Of a stretch of DNA of 37,941 bases, positions 1 through 10,525 are shown piece after piece. This DNA is from an uncultured Eubacteriales bacterium (GTDB lineage: Bacteria > Bacillota > Clostridia > Lachnospirales > Lachnospiraceae), in NCBI GenBank assembly GCA_900320575.1, contig ONST01000181.1:1-37941 (forward strand), read 5' to 3'. The number at the start of each line of letters is the position of its first letter. Positions within the stretch are counted from its first letter, which is position 1. The notes beneath the pieces were generated by a model. It was not told where the DNA came from. It did no database searches and worked only from the letters and a program-made list of their open reading frames with translations. The position numbers and the translations under genes are program-made.

Positions 1-172
1 GGATAAGCAAAATGACAGGGATGCCCTCTGCATAGATGCAGACAAAGCGACTATGTCACCATATTTCCTGATTCCATCGTGGTTTGTTTGTATAAAGTTT
101 TCAAGGAACGGTAACTAATTGACGAGTTTCAAGCTGGGGTTTTGACCCCATCATCATAGAATAATTAGTCAT

Positions 173-201
173 ATTATATAAGAAGAAACGTTTCCTGACA
201 A
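173..201 (-). promoter_or_regulatory. sigma-A-type promoter driving a leftward transcript that leaves the window
   Basis: Minus strand reads TTGTCA-17 nt-TATAAT. Confidence 0.7.
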
Positions 202-230
202 CGAATGAACCCGCGATTTTGAAAAAGCAG

Positions 231-259
231 TGTACATCAACGGCGGAAAATGCTAAAAT
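231..259 (+). promoter_or_regulatory. sigma-A-type promoter for the 291-1559 gene
   Basis: TGTACA-17 nt-TAAAAT with extended -10 TG; GAGGTG RBS precedes ATG 291. Confidence 0.5.
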
Positions 260-290
260 AGATGCTGAATAACTACCCAAGAGGTGAACT

Positions 291-1559
291 ATGTCTAAAT
301 TTCTGAAATTTCTGGTGAACCTGTTCCTGGTCGCCGCAATCCTGGTGGCGGGCGCGATCCTGATCCCGCCGCTCGCCGGCATCAATACGGTGATCGTCGA
401 TTCGGAGACGATGGACACCAACCTGCCCATGGGCTCCGTCACCTACGCGAAGAGCGCGGACAGCGCGTCCCTGGCGCCCGGAGATGAGATCCTTCTGGAT
501 ATCGGCTCCGCCGTCAATGCCTGGAAGATCACGGAAGCGGCTGACGCCGAGGGCAATTTCACCTGCGTGGACGCGATAGACGAGACTGCCGGCGCCGAGA
601 AGATGCCTCTTCCCGGCTCGGTCCTGAAAGTCGCGGTCATGGTCCCGTGGATCGGATATGCGGTGGTGGCCGTGCACAGCATCGAGGGCATCGTCATCCT
701 CGGTCTGCTGGTCCTGTTCGTCCTGATCCTGTTCATTCTCTCCGAGCTCTGGAAGAAGACTCCGGACGAAGAGGAAGAAGAGGAGGAAGAAGAGGAAGCG
801 CGCCGGGAGGAGATCCCGGAGGAAGATATCGTCTCCCACGCCCAGGCGGAGGAGGAACTGATCCGGATCGAGACGGATACGGAAGCTGCGCCGGATGAAG
901 AGGTGCCGGAGGGCGGAGAAGAAGAAGCGCCGAAGTCCTCTGACGAGATCTTCGCGGAGATCTCCAGAGACCTGGAGCAGGCGGCCCGGACGGAAGAAGA
1001 CGAGGAAGACGAAGAAACGGACAGCGCCCCGGAGATCACGGATGAGGCTGAGGCGGAGCCGGAAGCGGCAGAAGAGACTGCGGAAGCGGAGGAAGCGCCT
1101 TTAGAGGAGACACCGGAAGCAGAAGAGGACGGAGCGGTCCCGGAGGAGACAGCGGAAGAAGAAGCTGCGGAAGCGCCTGAGCCGGATATGGAAGCCTCTG
1201 ATGCAGAAGAGACGACGGATACGGAAGAGGTTCCGGAAGAGACCGGTGCGGATGACGGCGAAGAGCCTGCCGCGGAAGCGGAAGAAGAGGACCCCTACGG
1301 CGGAGATTTCCATGTTCCGGATTATGTGCCGGACGAGGAAGAGAAAGCGCGTCTTGCGGCGGAAGCAGCCGCAGCGCCCGTAGAAGAGCCTGCTGAGGAA
1401 GAAGAACTGCCGGCAGAGGACGATGACAGCTTCCTGCCGGTGGAGCGGGCGACGCTCGACGAGCTGCTGGAGCAGGTGAAGGAGAGCGGCGAGGAGCCGA
1501 AGATGAAGAAGGACGGCAGCACCGGGATCACGCTGATCGACTTCACGGATCTGATCTGA
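291..1559 (+). CDS. Membrane protein with a degenerate SipW/Sec11 (S26B)-like domain and a long Glu/Asp-rich tail
   Basis: N-terminal TM; IVDSETMDTNLPMGS aligns to VLSGSMEPxIPxGS; also PGDEI and KVAVMVPWIGY; second TM; acidic low-complexity tail from about residue 159. Confidence 0.65.
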   Translation: MSKFLKFLVNLFLVAAILVAGAILIPPLAGINTVIVDSETMDTNLPMGSVTYAKSADSASLAPGDEILLDIGSAVNAWKITEAADAEGNFTCVDAIDETAGAEKMPLPGSVLKVAVMVPWIGYAVVAVHSIEGIVILGLLVLFVLILFILSELWKKTPDEEEEEEEEEEARREEIPEEDIVSHAQAEEELIRIETDTEAAPDEEVPEGGEEEAPKSSDEIFAEISRDLEQAARTEEDEEDEETDSAPEITDEAEAEPEAAEETAEAEEAPLEETPEAEEDGAVPEETAEEEAAEAPEPDMEASDAEETTDTEEVPEETGADDGEEPAAEAEEEDPYGGDFHVPDYVPDEEEKARLAAEAAAAPVEEPAEEEELPAEDDDSFLPVERATLDELLEQVKESGEEPKMKKDGSTGITLIDFTDLI

Positions 1560-1609
1560 GACGGCATTCTTCCAGCGGAAGACCTGAAAAAAGATTAAAA
1601 TTTATTAAA

Positions 1610-1637
1610 AAAACCCCTTGCATCCGCGAGGGGTTTT
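1610..1637. terminator. Intrinsic terminator hairpin overlapping the S10 promoter
   Basis: AAAACCCCTTGC-ATCC-GCGAGGGGTTTT. Confidence 0.55.
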
Positions 1638-1647
1638 CGTGTATACT
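1618..1647 (+). promoter_or_regulatory. S10 operon promoter
   Basis: TTGCAT-18 nt-TATACT, preceded by an AT-rich UP-like tract. Confidence 0.65.
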
Positions 1648-1651
1648 ATCA

Positions 1652-1860
1652 TGTGCTGTGACATGATAGCGATGAAGCGTGAAGTTGCTGCACTTTCGTT
1701 GCAGGTTCTCCGTGGAGCGAATGTCATGTAAGGATACTGGCGACAAGTCACTGTGCGAAAATTCCGTTTCATACGGGAACTCCGGTCAAGCGATATGTCC
1801 ATGACCCAGGACACGCCCGGAGCTGTTGTACAGTCACCGCTTGTCGTACTCGAAAAGTGC
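1652..1860 (+). ncRNA. Structured rpsJ 5' leader (candidate S10-type ribosomal leader of Clostridia)
   Basis: About 230-nt untranslated leader with GTGAC/GTCAC, TGACAT/ATGTCA and CAAGCG/CGCTTG pairings; the GCGATGAAGCGTGAAGTTGC segment resembles Firmicute rpsJ leaders as recalled. Confidence 0.55.
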
Positions 1861-1881
1861 GAAAAGGAGGCGACTTTTTTT

Positions 1882-2199
1882 ATGGCAAGTCAGGTTATGA
1901 GAATCACACTCAAGGCGTACGATCACACCCTCGTGGATGCATCGGCTGCAAAGATCATCGAAACTGTCAAGAAGAACGGAGCAACGGTGAGCGGACCGGT
2001 TCCGCTTCCCACCAAGAAGGAAGTTGTGACGATTCTCCGCGCGGTCCACAAGTACAAGGATTCCCGCGAGCAGTTCGAGCAGAGAACGCACAAGAGACTG
2101 ATCGATATCCTGACACCGACCCAGAAGATCGTGGACGCGCTGTCCCATCTTGAGATGCCGGCCGGTGTTTACATCGATATCAAGATGAAGAACAGGTAA
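1882..2199 (+). CDS. rpsJ: 30S ribosomal protein S10
   Basis: RITLKAYDH...GPVPLPT...[11 protein letters not shown]; true start is ATG 1882 after AAGGAGG. Confidence 0.98.
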   Translation: MASQVMRITLKAYDHTLVDASAAKIIETVKKNGATVSGPVPLPTKKEVVTILRAVHKYKDSREQFEQRTHKRLIDILTPTQKIVDALSHLEMPAGVYIDIKMKNR

Positions 2200-2257
2200 A
2201 ACCGTAATTAGTATGATTGCGCGCCATGCGTAATCCGCTGTAAGGAGGACAATCCAA

Positions 2258-2887
2258 ATGAAGAAAGCGATTCTTGCGAAGAAGATCGGCATGACCCAGA
2301 TCTTCAACGAAGACGGAACACTGACCCCGGTCACCGTCCTGGAAGCAGGCCCCTGCGTCGTCACCCAGGTCAAGACCGAAGAGAGCGACGGCTACAGCGC
2401 CGTTCAGGTCGGATTTGAGGATAAGAGAGAGAAGCTCGTGAACAAGCCCACGAAGGGCGTGTTCGACAAGGCGGGCGTTTCCTATAAGAGATTTATCAGA
2501 GAGTTTCGTTTTGAAAATGCTGCCGAGTATCAGCCCGGACAGGAGATCAAAGCGGACATTTTTGCTGCCGGCGATCATGTAGACGCGACGGCCACCTCCA
2601 AGGGCAAGGGCTTCCAGGGCGTTATCCACCGTCTGGGCCAGCACAGAGGACCGATGGGCCACGGCTCCAAGTTCCACAGACATCAGGGCTCGAACGGCGC
2701 TGCTTCCGATCCGAGCCGCGTGTTCAAGGGCAAAGGCATGGCCGGCCACATGGGCAGCAAGCGCGTCACGATTCAGAATCTTGAGATCGTTCGTGTCGAT
2801 GCGGAAAACAATCTTCTCCTTGTCAAGGGCGCCGTACCGGGTGCGAAGAAGTGCCTTGTGACGATCAAAGAGACAGTGAAGAAGTAA
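2258..2887 (+). CDS. rplC: 50S ribosomal protein L3
   Basis: [26 protein letters not shown] motifs. Confidence 0.98.
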   Translation: MKKAILAKKIGMTQIFNEDGTLTPVTVLEAGPCVVTQVKTEESDGYSAVQVGFEDKREKLVNKPTKGVFDKAGVSYKRFIREFRFENAAEYQPGQEIKADIFAAGDHVDATATSKGKGFQGVIHRLGQHRGPMGHGSKFHRHQGSNGAASDPSRVFKGKGMAGHMGSKRVTIQNLEIVRVDAENNLLLVKGAVPGAKKCLVTIKETVKK

Positions 2888-2906
2888 TAAAGGAGGACGA
2901 ATCGAG

Positions 2907-3527
2907 ATGGCTAACGTATCTGTATATAATATGGATGGCCAGGAAGTCGGAACGATGGAACTGAGCGATGCAGTGTTCGCCGCTCCGATCCACGAGAACC
3001 TGGTGCATCAGGCCGTTGTTTTACATCTTGCCAACAAGAGACAGGGCACACAGAAGGCCAAGACCCGCGGCGAGGTCTCCGGAGGCGGAATCAAGCCGTG
3101 GCGTCAGAAGGGCACCGGCCATGCGAGACAGGGATCGACCAGATCTCCGCAGTGGAGACACGGCGGCGTGGTCTTCGCTCCGGTACCGAGAAGCTATTCC
3201 TTCAAGATGAACCGCAGAGAGAAGCAGGCGGCGCTCCGCTCCGTCCTTACCTCCAAGCTTCAGGACAACAACCTGATCGTCGTCGACAAGCTCACCTTTG
3301 ACGCTCCGAAGACGAAGAGCATGGTGAAGGTCCTCGAGAACCTGAAGGCTGAGAAAGCTTACATCGTCACGAAAGAGTCCGACAAGAACGTGCTTCTTTC
3401 CACCCGGAACCTTCCGAACGCGATGCTCTCTCATGCAGGCTCTCTGAACACCTACGACATTCTCAGATTTGAGAAGCTCATCCTTACCCAGGATGCGGTC
3501 AAGACGATTGAGGAGGTATTCGCATAA
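2907..3527 (+). CDS. rplD: 50S ribosomal protein L4
   Basis: KPWRQKGTGHARQGS motif. Confidence 0.98.
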   Translation: MANVSVYNMDGQEVGTMELSDAVFAAPIHENLVHQAVVLHLANKRQGTQKAKTRGEVSGGGIKPWRQKGTGHARQGSTRSPQWRHGGVVFAPVPRSYSFKMNRREKQAALRSVLTSKLQDNNLIVVDKLTFDAPKTKSMVKVLENLKAEKAYIVTKESDKNVLLSTRNLPNAMLSHAGSLNTYDILRFEKLILTQDAVKTIEEVFA

Positions 3528-3826
3528 TGGCAGATCTGAAGTATTATGACGTGATTCTGCGTCCGGTCGTCACCGAAAAGAGCATGGATCTCATGGGCGA
3601 AAAGGAGTACACCTTCTACGTTCATCCGGATGCAACCAAGAGCCAGATCAAGGAAGCGGTCGAGAAGATGTTCGAAGGCACCAAGGTCAAGAACGTCAAC
3701 ACCATGAACCTTGAGGGCAAGTCGAAGAGAAGAGGCCTTGTGATCGGCAAGACCGCGAAGAAGAAGAAGGCGGTCGTCGCGCTCACCGAGGAGAGCAAGG
3801 AGATCGAGATCTTCAGCGGACTTTAA
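3527..3826 (+). CDS. rplW: 50S ribosomal protein L23
   Basis: RPVVTEKS...KKKAVVAL; operon position. Confidence 0.97.
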   Translation: MADLKYYDVILRPVVTEKSMDLMGEKEYTFYVHPDATKSQIKEAVEKMFEGTKVKNVNTMNLEGKSKRRGLVIGKTAKKKKAVVALTEESKEIEIFSGL

Positions 3827-3888
3827 TTCGCAGCCCGCTTTTATACGCAGGTAAAGCGTGAGAATAAAACGATAAGGAGAACATTATC

Positions 3889-4740
3889 ATGGGCATCAAA
3901 ACATATAAGCCTTATACGCCGTCCAGAAGAAACATGTCCGGCTCGGACTTCGTGGAGATCACGAAGACCACGCCTGAGAAGTCTCTGACGGAGCAGCTCA
4001 AGAAGAATTCCGGCCGCAACAACCAGGGTAAGATCACCTGCCGTCACCGCGGAGGCGGAAGCAGAAGAAAATACAGGATCATCGACTTCAAGCGCAACAG
4101 CAAGGACGGCATTCCGGCCACTGTCAAGAGCATTGAGTACGATCCGAACAGAACCGCGAACATCGCCCTCATCTGCTATGCAGACGGCGAGAAAGCCTAC
4201 ATCCTGGCTCCGGAAGGCCTGAAGGTCGGCGACCAGGTCATGAGCGGCGCCGAGGCGGAAGTCCGCACCGGCAACTGCCTGCCACTCGTCAACATCCCGA
4301 TCGGTTCCATGGTCCACAATGTGGAAATGCACAAGGGACGCGGCGGCCAGATGGTCCGCGCAGCCGGCAACGGCGCGCAGCTGATGGCGAAGGAAGGCAA
4401 GTACGCGACTCTCCGTCTTCCCTCCGGCGAGATGAGAATGGTCCCGATCGAGTGCCGCGCCACCATCGGCGTCGTCGGCAACGGCGATCACAACCTGATC
4501 AATATCGGCAAAGCGGGACGCAAGAGACATATGGGCATCCGTCCGACCGTCCGCGGTTCCGTCATGAACCCGAACGACCATCCGCACGGCGGCGGCGAAG
4601 GCAGATCCCCGATCGGACGCCCGGGCCCGAGCACACCGTGGGGCAAGCCTGCGCTTGGTTACAAGACAAGAAAGCATCATAAGCAGTCCGATAAGCTGAT
4701 CGTCAGAAGACGCAACGGCAAGGGTTCGTCTGGAAGATAA
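3889..4740 (+). CDS. rplB: 50S ribosomal protein L2
   Basis: [30 protein letters not shown]. Confidence 0.99.
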   Translation: MGIKTYKPYTPSRRNMSGSDFVEITKTTPEKSLTEQLKKNSGRNNQGKITCRHRGGGSRRKYRIIDFKRNSKDGIPATVKSIEYDPNRTANIALICYADGEKAYILAPEGLKVGDQVMSGAEAEVRTGNCLPLVNIPIGSMVHNVEMHKGRGGQMVRAAGNGAQLMAKEGKYATLRLPSGEMRMVPIECRATIGVVGNGDHNLINIGKAGRKRHMGIRPTVRGSVMNPNDHPHGGGEGRSPIGRPGPSTPWGKPALGYKTRKHHKQSDKLIVRRRNGKGSSGR

Positions 4741-4755
4741 TAAGGAGGGAAAAGC

Positions 4756-5034
4756 ATGTCACGTTCATTAAAGAAAGGTCCTTTTGCAGATGCAAGCCTT
4801 CTGAAGAAGGTCGACGCACTGAACGCCTCGGGTGAGAAGGCGGTTATCAAGACCTGGTCACGCCGATCCACTATTTTCCCGAGCTTTGTCGGACATACAT
4901 TTGCCGTACATGATGGCAGAAAGCATGTCCCGGTCTATGTGACTGAGGATATGGTTGGACATAAACTTGGTGAATTCGTCGCGACCAGAACTTACAGAGG
5001 ACACGTCAAGTCCGATGCGAAGACAAAGCGGTAA
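4756..5034 (+). CDS. rpsS: 30S ribosomal protein S19
   Basis: [19 protein letters not shown]. Confidence 0.98.
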   Translation: MSRSLKKGPFADASLLKKVDALNASGEKAVIKTWSRRSTIFPSFVGHTFAVHDGRKHVPVYVTEDMVGHKLGEFVATRTYRGHVKSDAKTKR

Positions 5035-5059
5035 GGCGTAATTCGAAAGGAGATTGGAA

Positions 5060-5449
5060 ATGGCAAAAGGACACAGATCCCAGATCAAACGGGAAAGAAA
5101 CGATAGTAAAAGAGAGACGAGGCCGTACGCAAAGCTTTCTCATGCCAGAATGTCCGTTCAGAAAGCCTGCTTTGTCCTGGACGCGATCCGCGGCAAGGAC
5201 CTGGAGACCGCTCTTGGTATCCTGACCTACAGCCCGCGCTATGCTTCCGGCGTCATCAAGAAGCTTCTTGAGTCCGCCGCAGCCAATGCGGAGAACAACA
5301 ACGGACTGAACCGCGGAAATCTCTACGTCGCCGAGTGCTATGCCGGCCGCGCGACGACCATGAAGAGAATTCAGCCGAGAGCGCAGGGCCGCGCTTATCG
5401 TATCGAAAAGCGCACAAGCCACCTGACGATTATTCTGGATGAGAAGTAA
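5060..5449 (+). CDS. rplV: 50S ribosomal protein L22
   Basis: KLLESAAANAE, PRAQGRAYRIEKRTSH; ATG 5060 follows AAGGAG. Confidence 0.96.
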   Translation: MAKGHRSQIKRERNDSKRETRPYAKLSHARMSVQKACFVLDAIRGKDLETALGILTYSPRYASGVIKKLLESAAANAENNNGLNRGNLYVAECYAGRATTMKRIQPRAQGRAYRIEKRTSHLTIILDEK

Positions 5450-5461
5450 TAGGAGGACACA

Positions 5462-6118
5462 ATGGGTCAGAAAGTAAATCCGCACGGCCTCAGAGTCGGT
5501 GTTATTAAGGATTGGGAATCCAAATGGTATGCAGAGAAGGATTTCGCGGATAACCTCGTTGAGGATTATAAGATCCGTGCGTTCCTCAAGAAGAGACTTT
5601 ACAGCTCGGGCATTTCCAAGGTCGAGATCGAGCGCGCCTCTGATCGCGTGAAAGTCACGATCTACACGGCGAAGCCGGGCCTGGTCATCGGCAAGGGCGG
5701 CGCTGAGATCGAGAAGCTCAAGGCTGAGATGGCGAAGAAGATCGGCAGAAAGATCCTCATCGACATCAAGGAGATCAAGCGTCCGGACCGCGATGCACAG
5801 CTGGTCGCCGAGAACATCGCTCTTCAGCTCGAGAACCGTATTTCCTTCCGCCGCGCCATGAAGTCCGCCATGCAGCGCACGATGAAGTCCGGCGCGCAGG
5901 GCATCAAGACCTCTGTTTCCGGCCGTCTCGGCGGAGCAGATATCGCCCGTAAGGAAACCTACAGCGAAGGCACCATTCCGCTTCAGACGCTCCGCGCCGA
6001 TATTGATTACGGTTTCGCGGAAGCCGACACCACATACGGCAAGGTCGGCGTGAAGGCATGGATCTACAATGGTGAAGTACTTCCGACTAAGGAGAAAAAG
6101 GAAGGGAGTGGTCGATAA
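5462..6118 (+). CDS. rpsC: 30S ribosomal protein S3
   Basis: [22 protein letters not shown]. Confidence 0.98.
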   Translation: MGQKVNPHGLRVGVIKDWESKWYAEKDFADNLVEDYKIRAFLKKRLYSSGISKVEIERASDRVKVTIYTAKPGLVIGKGGAEIEKLKAEMAKKIGRKILIDIKEIKRPDRDAQLVAENIALQLENRISFRRAMKSAMQRTMKSGAQGIKTSVSGRLGGADIARKETYSEGTIPLQTLRADIDYGFAEADTTYGKVGVKAWIYNGEVLPTKEKKEGSGR

Positions 6119-6573
6119 TGTTAATGCCGAAGAGAGTAAAACGCAGAAAACAGTTCCGCGGGTCCATGAAGGGCAAGCCCACCAGAGGAACGAAGATCGC
6201 ATACGGTGAGTTCGGTCTGGTCGCGACCGAGCCGTGCTGGATCCGTTCCAATCAGATCGAGGCCGCCCGTGTCGCCATGACACGTTACATCAAGAGAGGC
6301 GGTAAGGTCTGGATCGATATTTTCCCGGACAAGCCGGTCACTGCGAAGCCCGCTGAGACCCGTATGGGTTCCGGTAAAGGTTCCGTTGAGTACTGGGTCG
6401 CTGTTGTAAAACCGGGCCGTGTGCTCTTTGAGATCGCCGGTGTCGATGAAGCAACCGCCAGAGAGGCTCTGCGCCTGGCGATGCACAAGCTTCCCTGCAC
6501 CTGCAAGATCGTCTCCAGAGAGCAGTTGAACGAGGAGGCTGCCCCTGCAGCAGAAGGCGGTGAAGAGGCATGA
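6118..6573 (+). CDS. rplP: 50S ribosomal protein L16
   Basis: [21 protein letters not shown]. Confidence 0.98.
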   Translation: MLMPKRVKRRKQFRGSMKGKPTRGTKIAYGEFGLVATEPCWIRSNQIEAARVAMTRYIKRGGKVWIDIFPDKPVTAKPAETRMGSGKGSVEYWVAVVKPGRVLFEIAGVDEATAREALRLAMHKLPCTCKIVSREQLNEEAAPAAEGGEEA

Positions 6574-6779
6574 AGACGAAGAATTATGTAAAGGATCTGA
6601 GAACCAAGTCTCAGGCTGAACTGAACGAGGAGCTTGTCTCTGCGAAGAAAGAGCTTTTCAATCTGAGATTCCAGAACGCGACGAACCAGCTGGACAACAC
6701 CAGCCGGATTAAGGACGTCCGTAAGAATATTGCCAGAATTCAGTCTGTCATGGTCGAGCTGGCGAATAAGGAGGCTTAA
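6570..6779 (+). CDS. rpmC: 50S ribosomal protein L29
   Basis: [10 protein letters not shown]...VRKNIARI. Confidence 0.97.
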   Translation: MKTKNYVKDLRTKSQAELNEELVSAKKELFNLRFQNATNQLDNTSRIKDVRKNIARIQSVMVELANKEA

Positions 6780-6782
6780 ACA

Positions 6783-7040
6783 ATGGAAGAGAGAAACCTC
6801 AGAAAGACGCGTGTCGGCAAGGTCATCAGCGATAAGATGGACAAGACCGTCGTCGTCGCGATTGAAGACCATGTGCAGCATCCGCTTTACAAGAAGATTG
6901 TGAAGAAGACCTACAAGCTCAAGGCTCATGACGAGAACAACGAGTGCCGCATCGGCGATACCGTGAAGGTCATGGAGACCAGACCCCTCTCCAAGGATAA
7001 GAGATGGAGACTGGTCCAGATTATCGAGAAGGCGAAATGA
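6783..7040 (+). CDS. rpsQ: 30S ribosomal protein S17
   Basis: [21 protein letters not shown]. Confidence 0.98.
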   Translation: MEERNLRKTRVGKVISDKMDKTVVVAIEDHVQHPLYKKIVKKTYKLKAHDENNECRIGDTVKVMETRPLSKDKRWRLVQIIEKAK

Positions 7041-7080
7041 TCTGCCCTTAAGGCTTGCCCTATAATAGGAGGAATTTGGC

Positions 7081-7449
7081 ATGATTCAGCAGGAAACAAG
7101 ACTCAGAGTCGCTGATAATACCGGCGCGAAAGAGATCCTGTGCATCCGCGTACACGGCGGCTCCACCAGGAGATATGCGTTTATCGGCGATACGATCGTT
7201 GCTACGGTCAAAGATGCAACGCCCGGCGGCGTTGTTAAGAAGGGTGATGTAGTCCGGGCAGTCGTGGTCCGCACCAAGCACGGCGCACGCAGAAAAGACG
7301 GCTCCTACATCAAGTTCGATGAAAATGCAGCAGTCATCATCAAGGATGATAATACTCCGAGAGGAACCCGTATCTTTGGACCGGTTGCCCGCGAGCTCCG
7401 TGAGAAACAGTTCATGAAGATTGTTTCCCTCGCTCCGGAAGTATTATAA
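7081..7449 (+). CDS. rplN: 50S ribosomal protein L14
   Basis: [20 protein letters not shown]. Confidence 0.98.
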   Translation: MIQQETRLRVADNTGAKEILCIRVHGGSTRRYAFIGDTIVATVKDATPGGVVKKGDVVRAVVVRTKHGARRKDGSYIKFDENAAVIIKDDNTPRGTRIFGPVARELREKQFMKIVSLAPEVL

Positions 7450-7462
7450 GGAGGATACGAGG

Positions 7463-7774
7463 ATGGCAATGTTAAAGATTAAGAAGGGCGACATGGTCCG
7501 CGTGATCGCCGGCAAGGACAAGAACAAAGAAGGCCGGGTCCTCTCAGTTGATGCGAAGAAGAACCGGATCGTTGTTGAAGGCGTCAACATGATCACGAAG
7601 CATCAGAAGCCGTCGGCTGCCAACCAGCAGGGCGGGATCGTCAACAGGGAAGCACCGATCGACATCTCCAACGTGATGTATCTTCACAACGGAAAGCCCA
7701 CCAGAGTCGGATTCAAGGTCGAAGGCGACAAGAAGGTCCGCGTGGCGAAGGCTACCGGTGAGACCATCAACTGA
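7463..7774 (+). CDS. rplX: 50S ribosomal protein L24
   Basis: [25 protein letters not shown]; start ATG 7463 or 7469. Confidence 0.96.
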   Translation: MAMLKIKKGDMVRVIAGKDKNKEGRVLSVDAKKNRIVVEGVNMITKHQKPSAANQQGGIVNREAPIDISNVMYLHNGKPTRVGFKVEGDKKVRVAKATGETIN

Positions 7775-7791
7775 GTAAGGAGGCAAGGAAA

Positions 7792-8331
7792 TTGAGCAGA
7801 CTGAAAGAACAGTACGACAATGAAATTGCTGCTGCAATGATGAAAAAGTTCGAGTACAAGAACCCGATGGAGGTTCCGAAGCTCGTGAAGATCGTCGTGA
7901 ACATGGGCGTCGGCGAAGCGAAGGAAAACGCCAAGCTTCTTGACTCCGCCGTTGCGGATATGGAGACCATCACCGGCCAGAAGGCTGTCCGCACCAAGGC
8001 GAAGAAGTCCATCGCGAACTTCAAGATCCGTGAAGGCATGATGATCGGCTGCAAGGTCACCCTTCGCGGCGAGAGAATGTATGAATTTGCAGACCGCCTG
8101 ATCAATCTCGCGCTTCCCCGCGTCCGCGACTTCCGCGGCGTGAACCCGAACGCTTTTGACGGCCGCGGCAACTACGCGCTGGCCATCAAAGAGCAGCTGA
8201 TCTTCCCGGAGATCGAGTATGACAAGATCGACAAGGTCAGAGGCATGGACGTCATTTTCGTCACCACGGCGAAGACGGACGAAGAAGCGCGCGAACTGCT
8301 TAGATTATTCAATATGCCGTTTTCTAAGTAA
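7792..8331 (+). CDS. rplE: 50S ribosomal protein L5
   Basis: [22 protein letters not shown] start after AAGGAGG. Confidence 0.98.
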   Translation: MSRLKEQYDNEIAAAMMKKFEYKNPMEVPKLVKIVVNMGVGEAKENAKLLDSAVADMETITGQKAVRTKAKKSIANFKIREGMMIGCKVTLRGERMYEFADRLINLALPRVRDFRGVNPNAFDGRGNYALAIKEQLIFPEIEYDKIDKVRGMDVIFVTTAKTDEEARELLRLFNMPFSK

Positions 8332-8348
8332 TCAGGAGGAGAAAAACT

Positions 8349-8534
8349 GTGGCTAAAAAGTCAATGAAATTAAAGCAGGCGAGAACCCAGAAATTCTCGA
8401 CCAGAGAATATACACGCTGCAGAATTTGCGGACGCCCGCATTCAGTTTTGAGAAAATATGGAATCTGCCGTATCTGCTTCCGTGAATTGGCATACAAAGG
8501 TGAAATTCCGGGAGTAAAGAAAGCATCCTGGTAA
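8349..8534 (+). CDS. rpsZ: 30S ribosomal protein S14, type Z (zinc-binding)
   Basis: 61 aa with CRIC...CRIC; GTG start. Confidence 0.96.
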   Translation: MAKKSMKLKQARTQKFSTREYTRCRICGRPHSVLRKYGICRICFRELAYKGEIPGVKKASW

Positions 8535-8561
8535 AAATTGAGAAAGGAGCGTCATTTTAGA

Positions 8562-8966
8562 ATGAATACGACGAATGATCCGATTGCGGATATGCTCACC
8601 AGAATCCGCAATGCAAATACTGCAAAGCATGACACAGTCGATGTTCCGGCCTCCAAGATGAAGATCGCGATCGCGAACATTCTTGTGGACGAGGGTTATA
8701 TCGCAAAGTATGATCTGGTCGACACCGGCGTGCAGAAGACGATCCGCATCGCGCTCAAGTACGGCGCGGACAAGAACGAGAAGATCATCTCCGGCCTCAA
8801 GAGGATCTCCAGGCCCGGTCTCCGGATCTACGCGAACAGCGAGGAGCTTCCGAGAGTCCTCGGCGGCCTGGGCATTGCGATCATCTCCACCAACAAGGGC
8901 GTCATGACCGACAAGGAAGCCAGAAAGCAGAAGGTCGGCGGCGAAGTGCTCGCTTACGTCTGGTAA
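8562..8966 (+). CDS. rpsH: 30S ribosomal protein S8
   Basis: [26 protein letters not shown] 8562. Confidence 0.97.
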   Translation: MNTTNDPIADMLTRIRNANTAKHDTVDVPASKMKIAIANILVDEGYIAKYDLVDTGVQKTIRIALKYGADKNEKIISGLKRISRPGLRIYANSEELPRVLGGLGIAIISTNKGVMTDKEARKQKVGGEVLAYVW

Positions 8967-9043
8967 ATCACACATTTTGTGTCAGGTACTGAAAACAGAA
9001 GGACGTACCGTCCTTCCGAAAATTTAAGTCAGGAGGAATACAC

Positions 9044-9583
9044 ATGTCACGTATTGGAAGACTCCCCATTACCGTTCCCGCGGGAGTTACAATTGACATT
9101 AAAGACGGCAACACCGTGACCGTCAAGGGACCGAAGGGCGAGCTTACCCGCACCTTCGCTCCGGAACTGGGAATTTCCCTCGAAGACGGCACACTTACCG
9201 TCACCAGACCGAACGATCTGAAGAAGAACAAGGCGCTTCACGGTCTGACCAGAGCGCTCATCAACAACATGGTCATCGGCGTAAGCACAGGCTTTTCCAA
9301 GGTCCTTGAAGTCAACGGTGTTGGCTACAAGGCCGCTAAGCAGGGCAACAAGCTCGTCCTTTCCCTGGGCTACAGCCATCCGGTCGAGATGATTGATCCG
9401 GAAGGTATCGAGTCTTCTGTCGAAGGCAACAAGATCACTGTTTCCGGCATCAGCAAGGAGAAGGTCGGCCAGTACGCAGCGGAGATCCGCACGAAGAGAC
9501 CGCCGGAACCCTACAAGGGCAAGGGCATCAAGTATTCGGATGAGATTATCCGCCGCAAGGTCGGTAAGACCGGTAAGAAATAA
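9044..9583 (+). CDS. rplF: 50S ribosomal protein L6
   Basis: [18 protein letters not shown]. Confidence 0.98.
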   Translation: MSRIGRLPITVPAGVTIDIKDGNTVTVKGPKGELTRTFAPELGISLEDGTLTVTRPNDLKKNKALHGLTRALINNMVIGVSTGFSKVLEVNGVGYKAAKQGNKLVLSLGYSHPVEMIDPEGIESSVEGNKITVSGISKEKVGQYAAEIRTKRPPEPYKGKGIKYSDEIIRRKVGKTGKK

Positions 9584-9602
9584 AGAAAGGAGAGCATGAG
9601 AT

Positions 9603-9971
9603 ATGATCACAAAACCGTCAAGAGCAGCGATCCGTGAGAAGAAGCACAAGAGAATGCGCTTCCATCTCCGCGGCACGGCAGAATGCCCGAGACTCGCTGT
9701 ATTCCGCAGCAACAAGCATATGTACGCGCAGATCATCGACGATACCTGCGGAAAGACTCTCGTCTCTGCGTCGACTCTCCAGGCAGCCGTGAAGGAAGGC
9801 CTTCAGTACACCGATAATGTCGAAGCCGCTGCAAAGCTCGGCACTGTCATCGGTGAGAGAGCCCTCGAGGCCGGTATCAAGGACGTTGTCTTTGACCGCG
9901 GCGGCTTCATCTACCACGGAAAGATCCAGGCGCTTGCGGATGCCGCAAGAGAAGCAGGCCTTAACTTCTAA
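9603..9971 (+). CDS. rplR: 50S ribosomal protein L18
   Basis: [18 protein letters not shown]. Confidence 0.98.
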   Translation: MITKPSRAAIREKKHKRMRFHLRGTAECPRLAVFRSNKHMYAQIIDDTCGKTLVSASTLQAAVKEGLQYTDNVEAAAKLGTVIGERALEAGIKDVVFDRGGFIYHGKIQALADAAREAGLNF

Positions 9972-9989
9972 GAGGAGAGGAAAATACAC

Positions 9990-10511
9990 ATGAGACCGAA
10001 TAGCAATTCCAAGAGAAATGAAAAAGATGATAACGGCTTCGAAGACAGAGTCGTTACGATCAAGCGCGTCACCAAGGTCGTCAAGGGCGGACGCAATATG
10101 CGCTTCTCCGCACTTGTGGTGGTAGGTGACAAGAATGGTCATGTGGGCGCCGGCCTCGGAAAAGCTGCTGAAATCCCGGAAGCGATCCGCAAGGGCAAGC
10201 AGGATGCGATGAAGAACATGATCTCCGTTGCGAGAACTGATTTCCAGAGCATCACCCATGACTACATCGGCAAGTTCGGAGGCGCTCAGGTGCTTCTGAA
10301 GCGTGCTCCGGAAGGTACCGGCGTGATCGCCGGCGGCCCGGCGCGTGCTGTCATCGAGCTGGCGGGCATCCGCAACATCCGTACCAAGTCCCTCGGCTCC
10401 AACAACAAGCAGAACGTCGTCTTTGCTACGATGAGTGCCCTCAAGGCTCTGAAGACTCCGGAAGAAGTCGCCCGCAACCGCGGCAAGAGCGTGGACGAGA
10501 TTCTCGCTTAA
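9990..10511 (+). CDS. rpsE: 30S ribosomal protein S5
   Basis: [18 protein letters not shown]. Confidence 0.98.
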   Translation: MRPNSNSKRNEKDDNGFEDRVVTIKRVTKVVKGGRNMRFSALVVVGDKNGHVGAGLGKAAEIPEAIRKGKQDAMKNMISVARTDFQSITHDYIGKFGGAQVLLKRAPEGTGVIAGGPARAVIELAGIRNIRTKSLGSNNKQNVVFATMSALKALKTPEEVARNRGKSVDEILA

Positions 10512-10525
10512 GGAGGTAGACAGTC

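Noticed and set aside
121..160. Hammerhead-like text on the minus strand (ATGATGA-stem-GCTTGAAAC)
   Set aside because: The core is not CTGANGA, four extra bases separate the stem from GAAA, and stems I/III are not in the required arrangement.
1753..1881. N-terminal extensions in the ORF track for rpsJ, and likewise rplX, rpsH, adk, ftsH, hprK, tsaE, tsaB, rnz and tsaD
   Set aside because: Longest-ORF artefacts; homology and RBS position point to downstream ATGs.
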